Of a stretch of DNA of 56,652 nt, positions 9,310 to 17,350 are shown piece by piece. This DNA comes from a virus (lineage: Duplodnaviria; Caudoviricetes). A program made the position numbers and the translations under genes. How positions within the stretch are numbered: the stretch's first letter is position 1; every line of letters begins with the position of its first letter. Location of the stretch: IMG/VR virus record IMGVR_UViG_3300037010_000803, positions 1 to 56,652 of that record. One strand, written 5' to 3'. The notes below the pieces were generated by a model. It searched no databases. It had not been told where the DNA came from and worked only from the letters and a program-made list of their open reading frames with translations.

Positions 9310-9938
9310 TTCAATATGGCGCGCAAGGCGTCGCAAAGCACCTCTTCGAGAGTCTCCCCGGCGTCCACGCGCTCTTGCAAGTGCGCCTCAGCCTCTTGGA
9401 GGAGGTCTAACGGGACCGGAGCGGAAATGGCACCCACAGAAAAGAACCCGGTTCCCTTTGCCCTGGCGGTGAAATAATTCTGGCCCTGCTCGCGTCGCTC
9501 TGCGGTGGCGTCCACAATGGACGGCGGGGCAATGGTAGCCAGTAGCGCGTCAATTTCCGCGCCCATGTTCGGGATGTCACGCAAGAGCGCTTCCAGCTTC
9601 TCATTGTCCGTCCCTGCCATGGCTGAAAGCGGGTCCAGCGTGGCAAGAATCAGATTCTCTTCTTCCTCGCTCAGGTCCACGTAAAGCACGGGAACGGTCT
9701 TTTCATTCCGGCTAATCGCCATTGCCACTCTTAGGTGGCCGTCCACAACGTGGCCCGTCTTCCTGTTGACGATTATCCTGGTCACCCAGCCCACCTTGTC
9801 TAGCACGGCGGCCAGGGCGTTCTCTTGCTCGTGACTATGAACGCGCCAATTCGACGGATTTGCGAGTAGCTTCTCCGGCGCTTCTTCGCCTTCCCCCACA
9901 ATCCGATTCTGCCATTCTACTTTGCTGGCTTTTCCCAA
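9303..9938 (-). CDS. ParB/Srx-like N-terminal domain protein
   Basis: NPSNWRVH, GHVVDGHLRV; N-terminus nearly identical to 42304..43539; TTG start chosen because the promoter lies at 9999-10027. Confidence 0.8.
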   Translation of the reverse strand: MGKASKVEWQNRIVGEGEEAPEKLLANPSNWRVHSHEQENALAAVLDKVGWVTRIIVNRKTGHVVDGHLRVAMAISRNEKTVPVLYVDLSEEEENLILATLDPLSAMAGTDNEKLEALLRDIPNMGAEIDALLATIAPPSIVDATAERREQGQNYFTARAKGTGFFSVGAISAPVPLDLLQEAEAHLQERVDAGETLEEVLCDALRAILKC

Positions 9939-9949
9939 CGCTGGCCCCC

Positions 9950-9982
9950 AATAAAACAACACCGTGCATCTCAGCACGGCGC
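9950..9982 (-). terminator. Intrinsic terminator in the late-promoter leader
   Basis: GCGCCGTGC-TGAGAT-GCACGGTGT then TGTTTTATT; stem conserved with a changed loop at 43551-43583. Confidence 0.65.
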
Positions 9983-9998
9983 AAAAGTCCACGATGGT

Positions 9999-10046
9999 AA
10001 TATAATGCTTTTGTTTTGCTTTGTCAAGTGCCGTAACTACTTGATT
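9999..10046 (-). promoter_or_regulatory. Late promoter with upstream IHF-consensus site
   Basis: TTGACA(10027-10022)-17-TATATT(10004-9999); AATCAAGTAGTTA (10046-10034) fits WATCAANNNNTTR; conserved at 43600-43647. Confidence 0.75.
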
Positions 10047-10101
10047 CTGCTAACGTTTCCCGCTGTCCACTTTTCCGGCGAGACCGGGCCCTCCCCCCTC
10101 C

Positions 10102-10449
10102 TTATGCGTTGTCCACTGCCCGCGAGGCCGCTTGCGACCACTCAGCCTCCATCTCGCTAATGACCACGGCATAATCCTCACCGGCCAGGATGCGCTGGCA
10201 AGCCCGCCGCCCAGCCGCGCTCTTGGCGTAGTTGCTCGCCCGCTCCCAGCTCTGGGCCTTGCGGTAGGCGGCGGCCATAGGGTACCGCCCCACCATAGCC
10301 TTGTAGGTCTCCTCTGCCTGGTCTAGAGCCTGCGCCTCTCTGACCGGGTAGCCATACCCGCTGGCCCTGTCATAACGGTACTGCGCCTGCGCCCTAGCTT
10401 CCGCCGCTGCCTCTAGCTCGCTCAGGCCTGGGATTTGTTTGGCGTCCAT
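10102..10449 (-). CDS. Moron-like hypothetical protein (unit A only)
   Basis: GAGGAGGAG RBS, own promoter, absent from the matching site in unit B. Confidence 0.75.
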   Translation of the reverse strand: MDAKQIPGLSELEAAAEARAQAQYRYDRASGYGYPVREAQALDQAEETYKAMVGRYPMAAAYRKAQSWERASNYAKSAAGRRACQRILAGEDYAVVISEMEAEWSQAASRAVDNA

Positions 10450-10488
10450 GTTCTCCTCCTCGCGGGCCTTGTGCCCGCCTCTGAGTAT

Positions 10489-10517
10489 AATATAGTACTT
10501 TCTAGCGCAATTGTCAA
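10489..10517 (-). promoter_or_regulatory. sigma70 promoter of the moron
   Basis: TTGACA-17-TATATT; -10 region shared with the promoter at 19022. Confidence 0.75.
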
Positions 10518-10576
10518 GCCCCCCGTCCAGGGCCAGACTCACTGAGGCATTTGGCCCAATTTATGCCATTTTGGCA

Positions 10577-11128
10577 CTACTTGCACTCATAACCGGCCCG
10601 TAGCCGGTGCCAGAGTCTTGGTAGTGCATGGTGGTGTGGCCGCTTGACTCCAACATGGGCCTGGTAAGCTCTCGCCAGTTCCCCCCACTCCGGCGCTTGG
10701 CCCTGCCTGTGACCCGCCGCCCAGAGCAAGATTAACTTCGGCGGCTCCGGTATCGCCGCAGTCCTGTACTCGTTACACCACCGCTCGAAGTCAAGCGCCC
10801 AGTTCAAGGCGTCAAGCCCACGCACTTCCACCGACGCGCTCCCGCTCGGCGCGACAAAAACAATCTCCGGCTCTTCGTCATACGCCCATCGAAGTGGAGA
10901 GCGACAGTAAGGGCAGAGTTGTGGCACTGCCTGCCCGCTCGTCACAAGAACGCGGAATCCGTGAGAGCATTCAGAGCAGTAACGCAACGCTTCGCCCTTT
11001 GCCACGACGGGAATCATCCTTTTCCCGCCGCTCTCGCCGAGCAATCCCGTTCCAGCATAACGCCAACAGGCAGATGTCCAGGTCGGTGCATAAGCTCGCA
11101 ATAGAATTAGCAGGTCGTTCATCATCAC
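10577..11128 (-). CDS. Zn-ribbon protein, putative late transcription regulator/antiterminator
   Basis: CSEC...CPYC; last shared early gene before the late promoter; conserved with 43651..44223. Confidence 0.55.
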   Translation of the reverse strand: MMMNDLLILLRAYAPTWTSACWRYAGTGLLGESGGKRMIPVVAKGEALRYCSECSHGFRVLVTSGQAVPQLCPYCRSPLRWAYDEEPEIVFVAPSGSASVEVRGLDALNWALDFERWCNEYRTAAIPEPPKLILLWAAGHRQGQAPEWGELARAYQAHVGVKRPHHHALPRLWHRLRAGYECK

Positions 11129-11164
11129 CCCCTAAAACGGCCAAATTCGCATTTCGGACGCGCT

Positions 11165-11377
11165 TCAAGTAGATTCTACGCCCCAGCCCTGTTTCGTTGA
11201 ATCTCGCCCTATTTCCGTGCGCCGCTCACGGTATTGCCGGATGCTCTCCCGAATCTCCTTGCGGCCACAGCGCAGGCTGTGCCTGCGCTTCTTGCGCTGC
11301 TCCGCTAGCTGTTGTTTCAGCATTTCCCTGTAGGCTTTGAGATATGCTTCAAGGTAATCAAAATACCAAAAACTCAT
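11165..11377 (-). CDS. Hypothetical chimeric protein
   Basis: Contains pieces of two separate unit B genes (LRCGRKEIRESIR; DSTKQGxGVEST). Confidence 0.6.
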   Translation of the reverse strand: MSFWYFDYLEAYLKAYREMLKQQLAEQRKKRRHSLRCGRKEIRESIRQYRERRTEIGRDSTKQGWGVEST

Positions 11378-11619
11378 TTGTCACCTTCCCTTTCCGGGCA
11401 TTCCCAACAATACGCCAGCGGGCTGGCATATCCCATCCGCTTGGCAATCTCCGCCGAAACGGTACCATCCCCACACGCCGCAAGGCTGATGGCGTCGTCA
11501 ATTTCACACGACCCGCCCTGCCCGGTGTATTTCTGGCAGCGGCAACAGTTAGCATCTTGCCAGTCCATACGCTGCGCCCCGCTGGAGAATGGGCGTATCC
11601 TGTCAGCTCTAGTCTTCAT
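11374..11619 (-). CDS. Cys-rich hypothetical protein
   Basis: Conserved with 45419..45703. Confidence 0.7.
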   Translation of the reverse strand: MKTRADRIRPFSSGAQRMDWQDANCCRCQKYTGQGGSCEIDDAISLAACGDGTVSAEIAKRMGYASPLAYCWECPEREGDK

Positions 11620-11822
11620 CTGCCACCTCCCTCACTTTTCACCCCTGGCTTTTGCTTCACACCCGCATATTCACCCAGAAGGCAATCCCAAAGAACGCCA
11701 AAGGCTTCCATCAGCTCCGCCTCACTACTACCGCCCTGCTCATAATCAAGCAGTACATGCTCCACTCTCGCAAGGTCCCAGCCCTTGCGTCCCGCGCTTC
11801 CCTTTGCATTATTCCGCTTCAT
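11616..11822 (-). CDS. Hypothetical protein
   Basis: GGAGGTG RBS, coupled to dnaB. Confidence 0.55.
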   Translation of the reverse strand: MKRNNAKGSAGRKGWDLARVEHVLLDYEQGGSSEAELMEAFGVLWDCLLGEYAGVKQKPGVKSEGGGR

Positions 11823-13149
11823 CTGCCACCTCCATTCCAAAGTCTTGTTGCTCTAGCCACTCCATGGTGTTCTTGCGGAAGGCCATCCGCAGCATTCCTG
11901 TTGGGCCGTCCTGATTCTTGGCAAGAATGATTTTAGCGTCCTGGACTGGCGGCCCGTTGCGCTTGTTAACATCCCATCGGTGCAGTAGCAGAACGCCCGT
12001 CCCTTTTTCTTCGAGCGTCCCGGTCTCCTTCAGGTCCGCCAAGGTAGGTAGGTCGTCTTCTCCCAGCCCTTCAGCGCGCCTGTTCAATTGCGCAGCTAAC
12101 AGCACCGGCACGCCCAGCCTTTGCGCCAGAGCATCAAGTTCCCAAACGGTCTCCGCCGCCTGTTCCCGCAAGGAGCTAAGCTTTTGCGGCGACCTGACAA
12201 GCTGGAAATAATCAATCGTCACAAGGTCCAGGCCGCCCATAGCAGTCTGAGCCTGCTTCGCGTAGTTTTCAATCTCAGGCGGTGATATTCTCGGCTGTGC
12301 CACCATATACAAGCCATAACCCGATAGCTCTTCGAGAGCTTTCGAGTAACGCCGTTGCTCTTCCGGCGTCAAAGGCACCTTGCATTCCAGAGGGCTCTTG
12401 ACGCGGCTCAACGCCAAGCCCGTCTGTTGCGCCAGCATTCTCCACACGTTTCTACGCGGTCCCATCTCTAGCGCGAAATGGCACACCTTCTTCCCAGCCT
12501 TCAGATTGCGTAGAATCAGCCCTAACATGAAAGAGCTTTTCCCAACCTGTGGCCGGGCGGCAACAATCCAAAAAGAGCCGAGCTCCATCCCTAGCGGTAC
12601 CAGCTCGTCAATAGACGGCAAGCCAAAATGAATCCCTTCAGGCGCGCCACCTTTTACCGCTTCGTCCATTTCATGCTTCACCAATTCAAGAGCGGTCCAG
12701 GCAGTCTTCCGCTTCTTTTTGCCCTGCGAACGTACCACATGCAGGTACTTCTCGGTCTTTTCCAGCAATACGTCAGGGTCAAGCTCCGTATTTGCGGCCA
12801 ATCGCGTCGAGATGGCGTTTATATGCCTGCGCATCAAGCCATTCTGAATAATCTCGCAGTATCCCTGCGCCTGGTCCGCCGTCAAGAACGGGACGCCTTC
12901 CATGAGAGACGCCAAATAGCCGGGTGGCCCCATCTGCTTTTTCCGCTTTTCCAGGTCGTTGTACACGGTGAGGTAATCCGCCGCCGCGCCGAGGCCAACC
13001 ACGGACTCGAAAATGTCCCTATGTACCGGCAAAAGAAAGCTCTTCGGCTCTAAGGTGGCCATTGCCACCCTTCGGCTGGTCTCACACCGGCAAAGAATCG
13101 CTCCGAGTAACGCTCGCTCCGCTTCTAACACAAACGGCTCTTCGGCCAT
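11809..13149 (-). CDS. dnaB: DnaB-like replicative helicase
   Basis: EAERALLGAIL, Walker A ARPQVGKS, IDYFQL, AQLNR, DLKETGTLE, AKNQDG. Confidence 0.92.
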   Translation of the reverse strand: MAEEPFVLEAERALLGAILCRCETSRRVAMATLEPKSFLLPVHRDIFESVVGLGAAADYLTVYNDLEKRKKQMGPPGYLASLMEGVPFLTADQAQGYCEIIQNGLMRRHINAISTRLAANTELDPDVLLEKTEKYLHVVRSQGKKKRKTAWTALELVKHEMDEAVKGGAPEGIHFGLPSIDELVPLGMELGSFWIVAARPQVGKSSFMLGLILRNLKAGKKVCHFALEMGPRRNVWRMLAQQTGLALSRVKSPLECKVPLTPEEQRRYSKALEELSGYGLYMVAQPRISPPEIENYAKQAQTAMGGLDLVTIDYFQLVRSPQKLSSLREQAAETVWELDALAQRLGVPVLLAAQLNRRAEGLGEDDLPTLADLKETGTLEEKGTGVLLLHRWDVNKRNGPPVQDAKIILAKNQDGPTGMLRMAFRKNTMEWLEQQDFGMEVADEAE

Positions 13150-13160
13150 AGGATTCTCCT

Positions 13161-14006
13161 TCAGTTAAGCAGGTCGTAAATCTGCTTCTTCGGCGGCTCG
13201 ACTTCGTCTTCCCAACAGGCTCCCTTCAGCCAACGTTCAGGGTCCTTGTAGAACTGCAATTCTCTACCGCTCTTCTTCAGACGCTCAATGGCCGCCAGAA
13301 TAACTTCCAAATCCGGCCGTGGGCGTAACTTCACCCATTCACGGTAAGCATTCCGCTTGGCCCGTTTCTTAGGGTAGGCTTTCCAGAATCGTTCAAAGTC
13401 TTCTGGGTAGGTGAAAACCTTCGATTCAGAACGGGCTTTCTTCTCGTTGCCGTTCCTCATTTGCTCCGGGAGCACTCCCGGAGTAGTCCCGGAGTAGTCC
13501 GGGAGTTGACCAAGAGTAGTCACGGCGATAGCCGGGACTACTCCATTCTGTTCCGTTCCGTTCTGTTCTGTTAAGTTATGTTTAGTTATGTTATGTTGTA
13601 TAACTACCTTATTAAGGTCCTTAATAAGGTCCTTATTAACCACCTTATCAGACGCCCATCGGCGCTGCATTCCGACCTTGCCGCCTTGCGCCATCTTCCC
13701 GCGTTGAGCAAGCAGTTCTTGGCGCTTTTCATGGAGCCATCGGTTGCGCCGTTCACCGTTGCCAAGGTCCACGCTGAATACCTCCTTAATAGCAGGATAT
13801 AAGGTGCTTATATCCACCTTATCCTTGCCAATGTCGCAGCGGCATATATGGGCCAGTTTGGCCGGGTCATCCGGGATGCTCTCATTCTGCCACTGCCATA
13901 TCAAGAGCAAGAAAACGCCGCCTATTTCTGCGGTGCTTAAAAAGGCGAAACGGCTGTCGTTGATAAACTCGCCAGGGTAGATGGGGAAAAAGGGCGGGGC
14001 TTTCAT
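13161..14006 (-). CDS. Replication initiator, YdaU/DUF1376-like N-terminus (type A)
   Basis: PPFFPIYPGEF...LSTAEIG N-terminus; internal repeats; FERFWKAYPKK C-domain; upstream of dnaB. Confidence 0.8.
   Translation of the reverse strand: MKAPPFFPIYPGEFINDSRFAFLSTAEIGGVFLLLIWQWQNESIPDDPAKLAHICRCDIGKDKVDISTLYPAIKEVFSVDLGNGERRNRWLHEKRQELLAQRGKMAQGGKVGMQRRWASDKVVNKDLIKDLNKVVIQHNITKHNLTEQNGTEQNGVVPAIAVTTLGQLPDYSGTTPGVLPEQMRNGNEKKARSESKVFTYPEDFERFWKAYPKKRAKRNAYREWVKLRPRPDLEVILAAIERLKKSGRELQFYKDPERWLKGACWEDEVEPPKKQIYDLLN
13469..13544. repeat. 11-bp repeat set (GGAGTAGTCCC-like) inside rep A
   Basis: ggagcactccc ggagtagtccc ggagtagtccg ggagttgacca agagtagtcac ... gggactactcc. Confidence 0.7.
13545..13647. 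repeat. Putative origin A: AT-rich pentamer run plus four 12-bp-spaced iterons (TAAGGTCCTTA-like)
   Basis: TAACTACCTTA 13601, TAAGGTCCTTA 13613 and 13625, TAACCACCTTA 13637; two more at 13800 and 13811. Confidence 0.75.
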
Positions 14007-14039
14007 AAGCGCCTCCTTTCACGGAATAGAGCGGCCATG

Positions 14040-14264
14040 TTACGCCTCGCTCTTCTTCTTCGCCTCATAAGAAACGCAGTGCGCAGCGCTTTCCAGGGCG
14101 TTTATTTTGCGGTATCTGATAGGCTGGCGCTGGTCTATAGATTGCGGGATGCCTATATCCGCGAGCCCGTTGGACAGGACACGCGCCACTAGACACGTGC
14201 CTACAGGGTATCCGCCGCTAAAATCACCGTGCACACAAGTCCCACAAGTTCTTCTCTTGCTCAT
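14040..14264 (-). CDS. Small Cys-rich protein (CxxCxH)
   Basis: GGAGG RBS; paralogues at 48076 and 48392. Confidence 0.7.
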   Translation of the reverse strand: MSKRRTCGTCVHGDFSGGYPVGTCLVARVLSNGLADIGIPQSIDQRQPIRYRKINALESAAHCVSYEAKKKSEA

Positions 14265-14282
14265 TGGAGCCTCCAAAATGAT

Positions 14283-14428
14283 GCCCAGCCCGCCGGTTGG
14301 CGGCCCGGCGGGCCAGGGCTGGGGACGGGCAGTGATACTGGTAGCTGTCTGTCCCGTTCTCGGATTTTGGTTGAGCCAGTATCATCTTTGCGCTCCCGCC
14401 AGAGCATGACCAGCACCGTGCTGGTCGG
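14283..14428 (-). ncRNA. C4/CI-antisense-like structured leader RNA upstream of the rep operon (unit A)
   Basis: Several stems; loop-presented CCGCCA and CCAGTATCA are complementary to upstream TGGCGG and TGATACTGG; covaries with 48635-48780. Confidence 0.6.
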
Positions 14429-14432
14429 TCTA

Positions 14433-14461
14433 AATATAATTCCTCACGCGCTAAAAGTCAA
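14433..14461 (-). promoter_or_regulatory. sigma70 promoter of the replication operon
   Basis: TTGACT-17-TATATT; conserved at 48785-48813. Confidence 0.8.
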
Positions 14462-14652
14462 GTCCTGCGTTTTGGCTTCGCGTTCAGCTTCCGCAAGAGC
14501 CACTGAACGAACTCCGGCTTCCCTGCCGTCTCATCCGAATAAATGGTGAACGTGGCATTGACGCCATTCCGCCAGGGGCCGTAAAACGTTATGGCGGTCA
14601 ATTCGCCCTCTTCGCCCTCAGTCCGAGTGACTTCCCATCGTTTTAGCAGCAT
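14458..14652 (-). CDS. Hypothetical protein
   Basis: Homologue at 48810..49004; AGGAGG RBS. Confidence 0.65.
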   Translation of the reverse strand: MLLKRWEVTRTEGEEGELTAITFYGPWRNGVNATFTIYSDETAGKPEFVQWLLRKLNAKPKRRT

Positions 14653-14717
14653 ACTCTCCTCCTTTCTCTCGCCACTACAAAACACCACAACGCCGCCAAG
14701 ATAAACATGAAACTCAT
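14643..14717 (-). CDS. 24-aa hydrophobic peptide MSFMFILAALWCFVVARERRRVCC
   Basis: RBS; conserved in frame at 49001..49069 with a synonymous change. Confidence 0.55.
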   Translation of the reverse strand: MSFMFILAALWCFVVARERRRVCC

Positions 14718-14726
14718 AGTCCACTC

Positions 14727-15089
14727 CTACACCGGCTCAACATCCACGGTAAAGTAGCCTCGCTCTTCCGCCGTCCAGCGTTTCTGCGTGTGAGTGTCCC
14801 AGACGCCGGAATCGTCGCCGTAAATGGCATCCAGAACGGCCTTGACCAGATTGTCTAAATCCGGCTTTTGTTGATGCGGCTGCCCGTCATACAATGCCCT
14901 CTTCTTCCGGCTCCAGGACTCTGGCATCGGAAGGTAGAAAACGATTGTAGCTCCCGCTTCCGGCACCCACACTTTGGCGCGCTGGCATTCATTGCAGAAC
15001 TGCCAGTAGCGCATGACGCTGGGACGCTTGGCCCATTTGTCCCGTTGCGTCATGCGCGGCTTCGGGCAGGGCTCAATGTTGTACCTCAC
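14727..15089 (-). CDS. rusA: RusA-like Holliday junction resolvase
   Basis: PKPRMT, KPDLDNLVKAVLDA..DDS motifs. Confidence 0.85.
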   Translation of the reverse strand: MRYNIEPCPKPRMTQRDKWAKRPSVMRYWQFCNECQRAKVWVPEAGATIVFYLPMPESWSRKKRALYDGQPHQQKPDLDNLVKAVLDAIYGDDSGVWDTHTQKRWTAEERGYFTVDVEPV

Positions 15090-15340
15090 TTGCCACCTCG
15101 TGGCGCTTTGAGCATCCGCGCCAGCTTGTCGGCTGCTATGCAAGCGATATTCCAGCGTACGACTCGCCACCTGTCAGGCGGGTCTATAACCACGGCAGGT
15201 AAAGTAGCAATGCGGTCATAGCTAGCATCCATGGTTTGGTTGAACAGCATCCTCGCCGCGTTGGGCCATTTCGCCCATCGCTCTTCGGAAACGCCGTAAA
15301 GATTCTCCGGGCTTTTCGGTAAATCCCATTGCGTTTTCAT
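15086..15340 (-). CDS. Hypothetical protein (unit A only)
   Basis: AGGAGG RBS, tightly packed. Confidence 0.6.
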   Translation of the reverse strand: MKTQWDLPKSPENLYGVSEERWAKWPNAARMLFNQTMDASYDRIATLPAVVIDPPDRWRVVRWNIACIAADKLARMLKAPRGGK

Positions 15341-15349
15341 CCCATCCTC

Positions 15350-15556
15350 CTATATGCAAACAGACGTGCAGGCAGGCCGGTCACGCCAGGTATGGACAAT
15401 GCCCTCTTTAGCATCATCCTTCGTCACCCAGACTTCTGGCGTCCCATCCGATAGCACTCGTACCAGCACCTGAATCGGCTTCCTTTGGCCTGCCTTCCCT
15501 TGCAGATAGAGCACTACGTCCTCGTCAAGGTCAACTATAATGTTTTGTCTTGGCAT
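15350..15556 (-). CDS. Hypothetical protein (unit A only)
   Basis: AGGAG RBS, tightly packed. Confidence 0.6.
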   Translation of the reverse strand: MPRQNIIVDLDEDVVLYLQGKAGQRKPIQVLVRVLSDGTPEVWVTKDDAKEGIVHTWRDRPACTSVCI

Positions 15557-15557
15557 C

Positions 15558-15788
15558 TCACGCTCCTATTGCGGGTGGCGGCGCTTTCCGCTCTCCCGCT
15601 TGACGGTCCATTTCCATGCGGTAAATCCAAATAAGGCGCTCGCGGTGGCTGTAGATTGAATCGCACACGAAGTGGACGCAGCGGTCACCGTTACAGGCGG
15701 CAGCGTCACCATCATCCCACTTCTCTTGCTCTTCAAGGCACGCCTCCGCCGTTACCGCTCGCCTGCTAAAAGGGCACTCGAATCTCAT
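15558..15788 (-). CDS. Cys-containing hypothetical protein
   Basis: Homologue at 49634..49864. Confidence 0.65.
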   Translation of the reverse strand: MRFECPFSRRAVTAEACLEEQEKWDDGDAAACNGDRCVHFVCDSIYSHRERLIWIYRMEMDRQAGERKAPPPAIGA

Positions 15789-16267
15789 GGCGTCACCTCC
15801 AGAACTTTGACTTCCACGATTGCCACACCGCGCTCGCGCATTCCCAATTGATGCGCTGCACCTTCTGACAGGTCCAACGACCGGCCAGGGACGTAAGGGC
15901 CGGAATCATTGACTCTCACAATCACCCAGCGCCGCGTCTGAACGTCCACGATTTTGAGCCAGGTGCCCGGCGGATAATCCAGGCTCGCGCAGGTAGGAGC
16001 CCAGCGGTCGAACCGCTCGCCGCTAGACGTGGGCTTCCCGTCGAAGTCCTTGCCGTACCAGGACGCCAGCCGCCGGTCCGTCGCCGCCTGCAACGCTTTG
16101 CTTTCCGCGTTGAATTGCTCAATCTCTTTGGCCGTTCGCGCCACAGCGGCGGGGTCCGGGCCTGCCACGTCCAGCGTCTGCAAGTCCGTGGCAAGGTGGG
16201 CCAGCCATAGGTACAGGCCCACACACGCCAGGGCGAAAATAGCGGGCAACCACCAAAGTTTTCTCAT
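15785..16267 (-). CDS. Membrane-anchored RlpA-like (DPBB) lytic transglycosylase
   Basis: ASWYG...TSSGERFD...VRVNDSGPY..GRSLDLS; N-terminal TM helix. Confidence 0.85.
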   Translation of the reverse strand: MRKLWWLPAIFALACVGLYLWLAHLATDLQTLDVAGPDPAAVARTAKEIEQFNAESKALQAATDRRLASWYGKDFDGKPTSSGERFDRWAPTCASLDYPPGTWLKIVDVQTRRWVIVRVNDSGPYVPGRSLDLSEGAAHQLGMRERGVAIVEVKVLEVTP

Positions 16268-16917
16268 CTGTTCACCGTCACGGTCTTTTTCCGCACTTCA
16301 ACGCCCGGAATCACCACGCCGTTCAGGGCATCCTCGCGGATTTTGACCATGTTCAGTTCCCAATATTCATCTGGCACAAGCGACGGCGTGACCACCACCA
16401 CATCGGAGACCGTTCGATAACTCACCCCGGCCACCTTGGGCGTGGAGTCTAGAGCCGCCGCTAACGTCACCGGCGCTTCCGCCGCCACAATGGCCTGCTT
16501 GGCTGCCTCTACGGCCGCCTTGTCCCCAGCGGCCATCGCTCTCTGGGCCTCGGCCAAGGCGCGTTCTTGCGCCTCTCGTGCTTTGCGCCGCTCTTCTTCA
16601 ATAAGTGCCCGTTTGGTGGCCTCTTGCGCCTCACGATATGGTATCAGTTTGGAGTCACAGACTTTGATAACCTTTTCAGGCAAGGCGCAGAGTTCTTTTT
16701 CTTTCTCAAGCGCCGCTTTGTGGGCCGCGTTTGCCGCGTCTTTCAAAGGCTTAATCCAGGTTTTCGCTTCTTTCAGAAACTGGCCTGCCAGCGCTCGCTG
16801 TTCTGCCACCAACGCATAAGTGGCTTCATCTTGGACCACCGTTCTGTCCACGAGCGCGAGCGCCGCGTTCGCCGTTTCCGCCATCTTCGCCGCCTTAACG
16901 TCCAGTTCAACACTCAT
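16264..16917 (-). CDS. Coiled-coil protein, Gp157/Gam-like
   Basis: Long helical body, C-terminal VPDEYW...IPGVEV; in the recombination module. Confidence 0.55.
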   Translation of the reverse strand: MSVELDVKAAKMAETANAALALVDRTVVQDEATYALVAEQRALAGQFLKEAKTWIKPLKDAANAAHKAALEKEKELCALPEKVIKVCDSKLIPYREAQEATKRALIEEERRKAREAQERALAEAQRAMAAGDKAAVEAAKQAIVAAEAPVTLAAALDSTPKVAGVSYRTVSDVVVVTPSLVPDEYWELNMVKIREDALNGVVIPGVEVRKKTVTVNR

Positions 16918-17342
16918 CTCACACCTCCTCGCTTGTACTTCAGAAACGCGCTTTGTAGTGACGCGAAATCCGCGTCCGTGAGTTCCGCCAAAGAGCTTAA
17001 ATGGAGTCTTGCCTTCACCGCCTCATGGGCCACTGATTCCGGGGCCTCCGAGTGGAGCCCCAGAAACGACTTGAAATCGGGATTATTGAGCCACCCATTA
17101 GCGTGAAGACGCTGGGCCGGTGTTTTATACGTCCTCGCGCCTTTCTCTTCACCTGGAGCCTCTGGGAGCGGCTGGGCGGCCTTTACAACGACCAGTTGAA
17201 ACTGCACACCCTCCATGTCCCAGAATTGCAAAAATGCACCGACCTGAGAGGCGTCCATCGCCATGGGGAAAATCGTTTCCCCGGCGTGGCCCTGACGGTA
17301 GCGGCCACCCGGAGAAATCTGAAAAATCGCAGGCTCATTCAT
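16914..17342 (-). CDS. Hypothetical protein
   Basis: Conserved with 51410..51838. Confidence 0.7.
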   Translation of the reverse strand: MNEPAIFQISPGGRYRQGHAGETIFPMAMDASQVGAFLQFWDMEGVQFQLVVVKAAQPLPEAPGEEKGARTYKTPAQRLHANGWLNNPDFKSFLGLHSEAPESVAHEAVKARLHLSSLAELTDADFASLQSAFLKYKRGGVR

Positions 17343-17350
17343 GCGTCACC

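Noticed and set aside
10971-11168. 65-aa ORF overlapping the Zn-ribbon gene
   Set aside because: The same frame stops early in unit B, while the 10577..11128 frame is preserved with synonymous changes.
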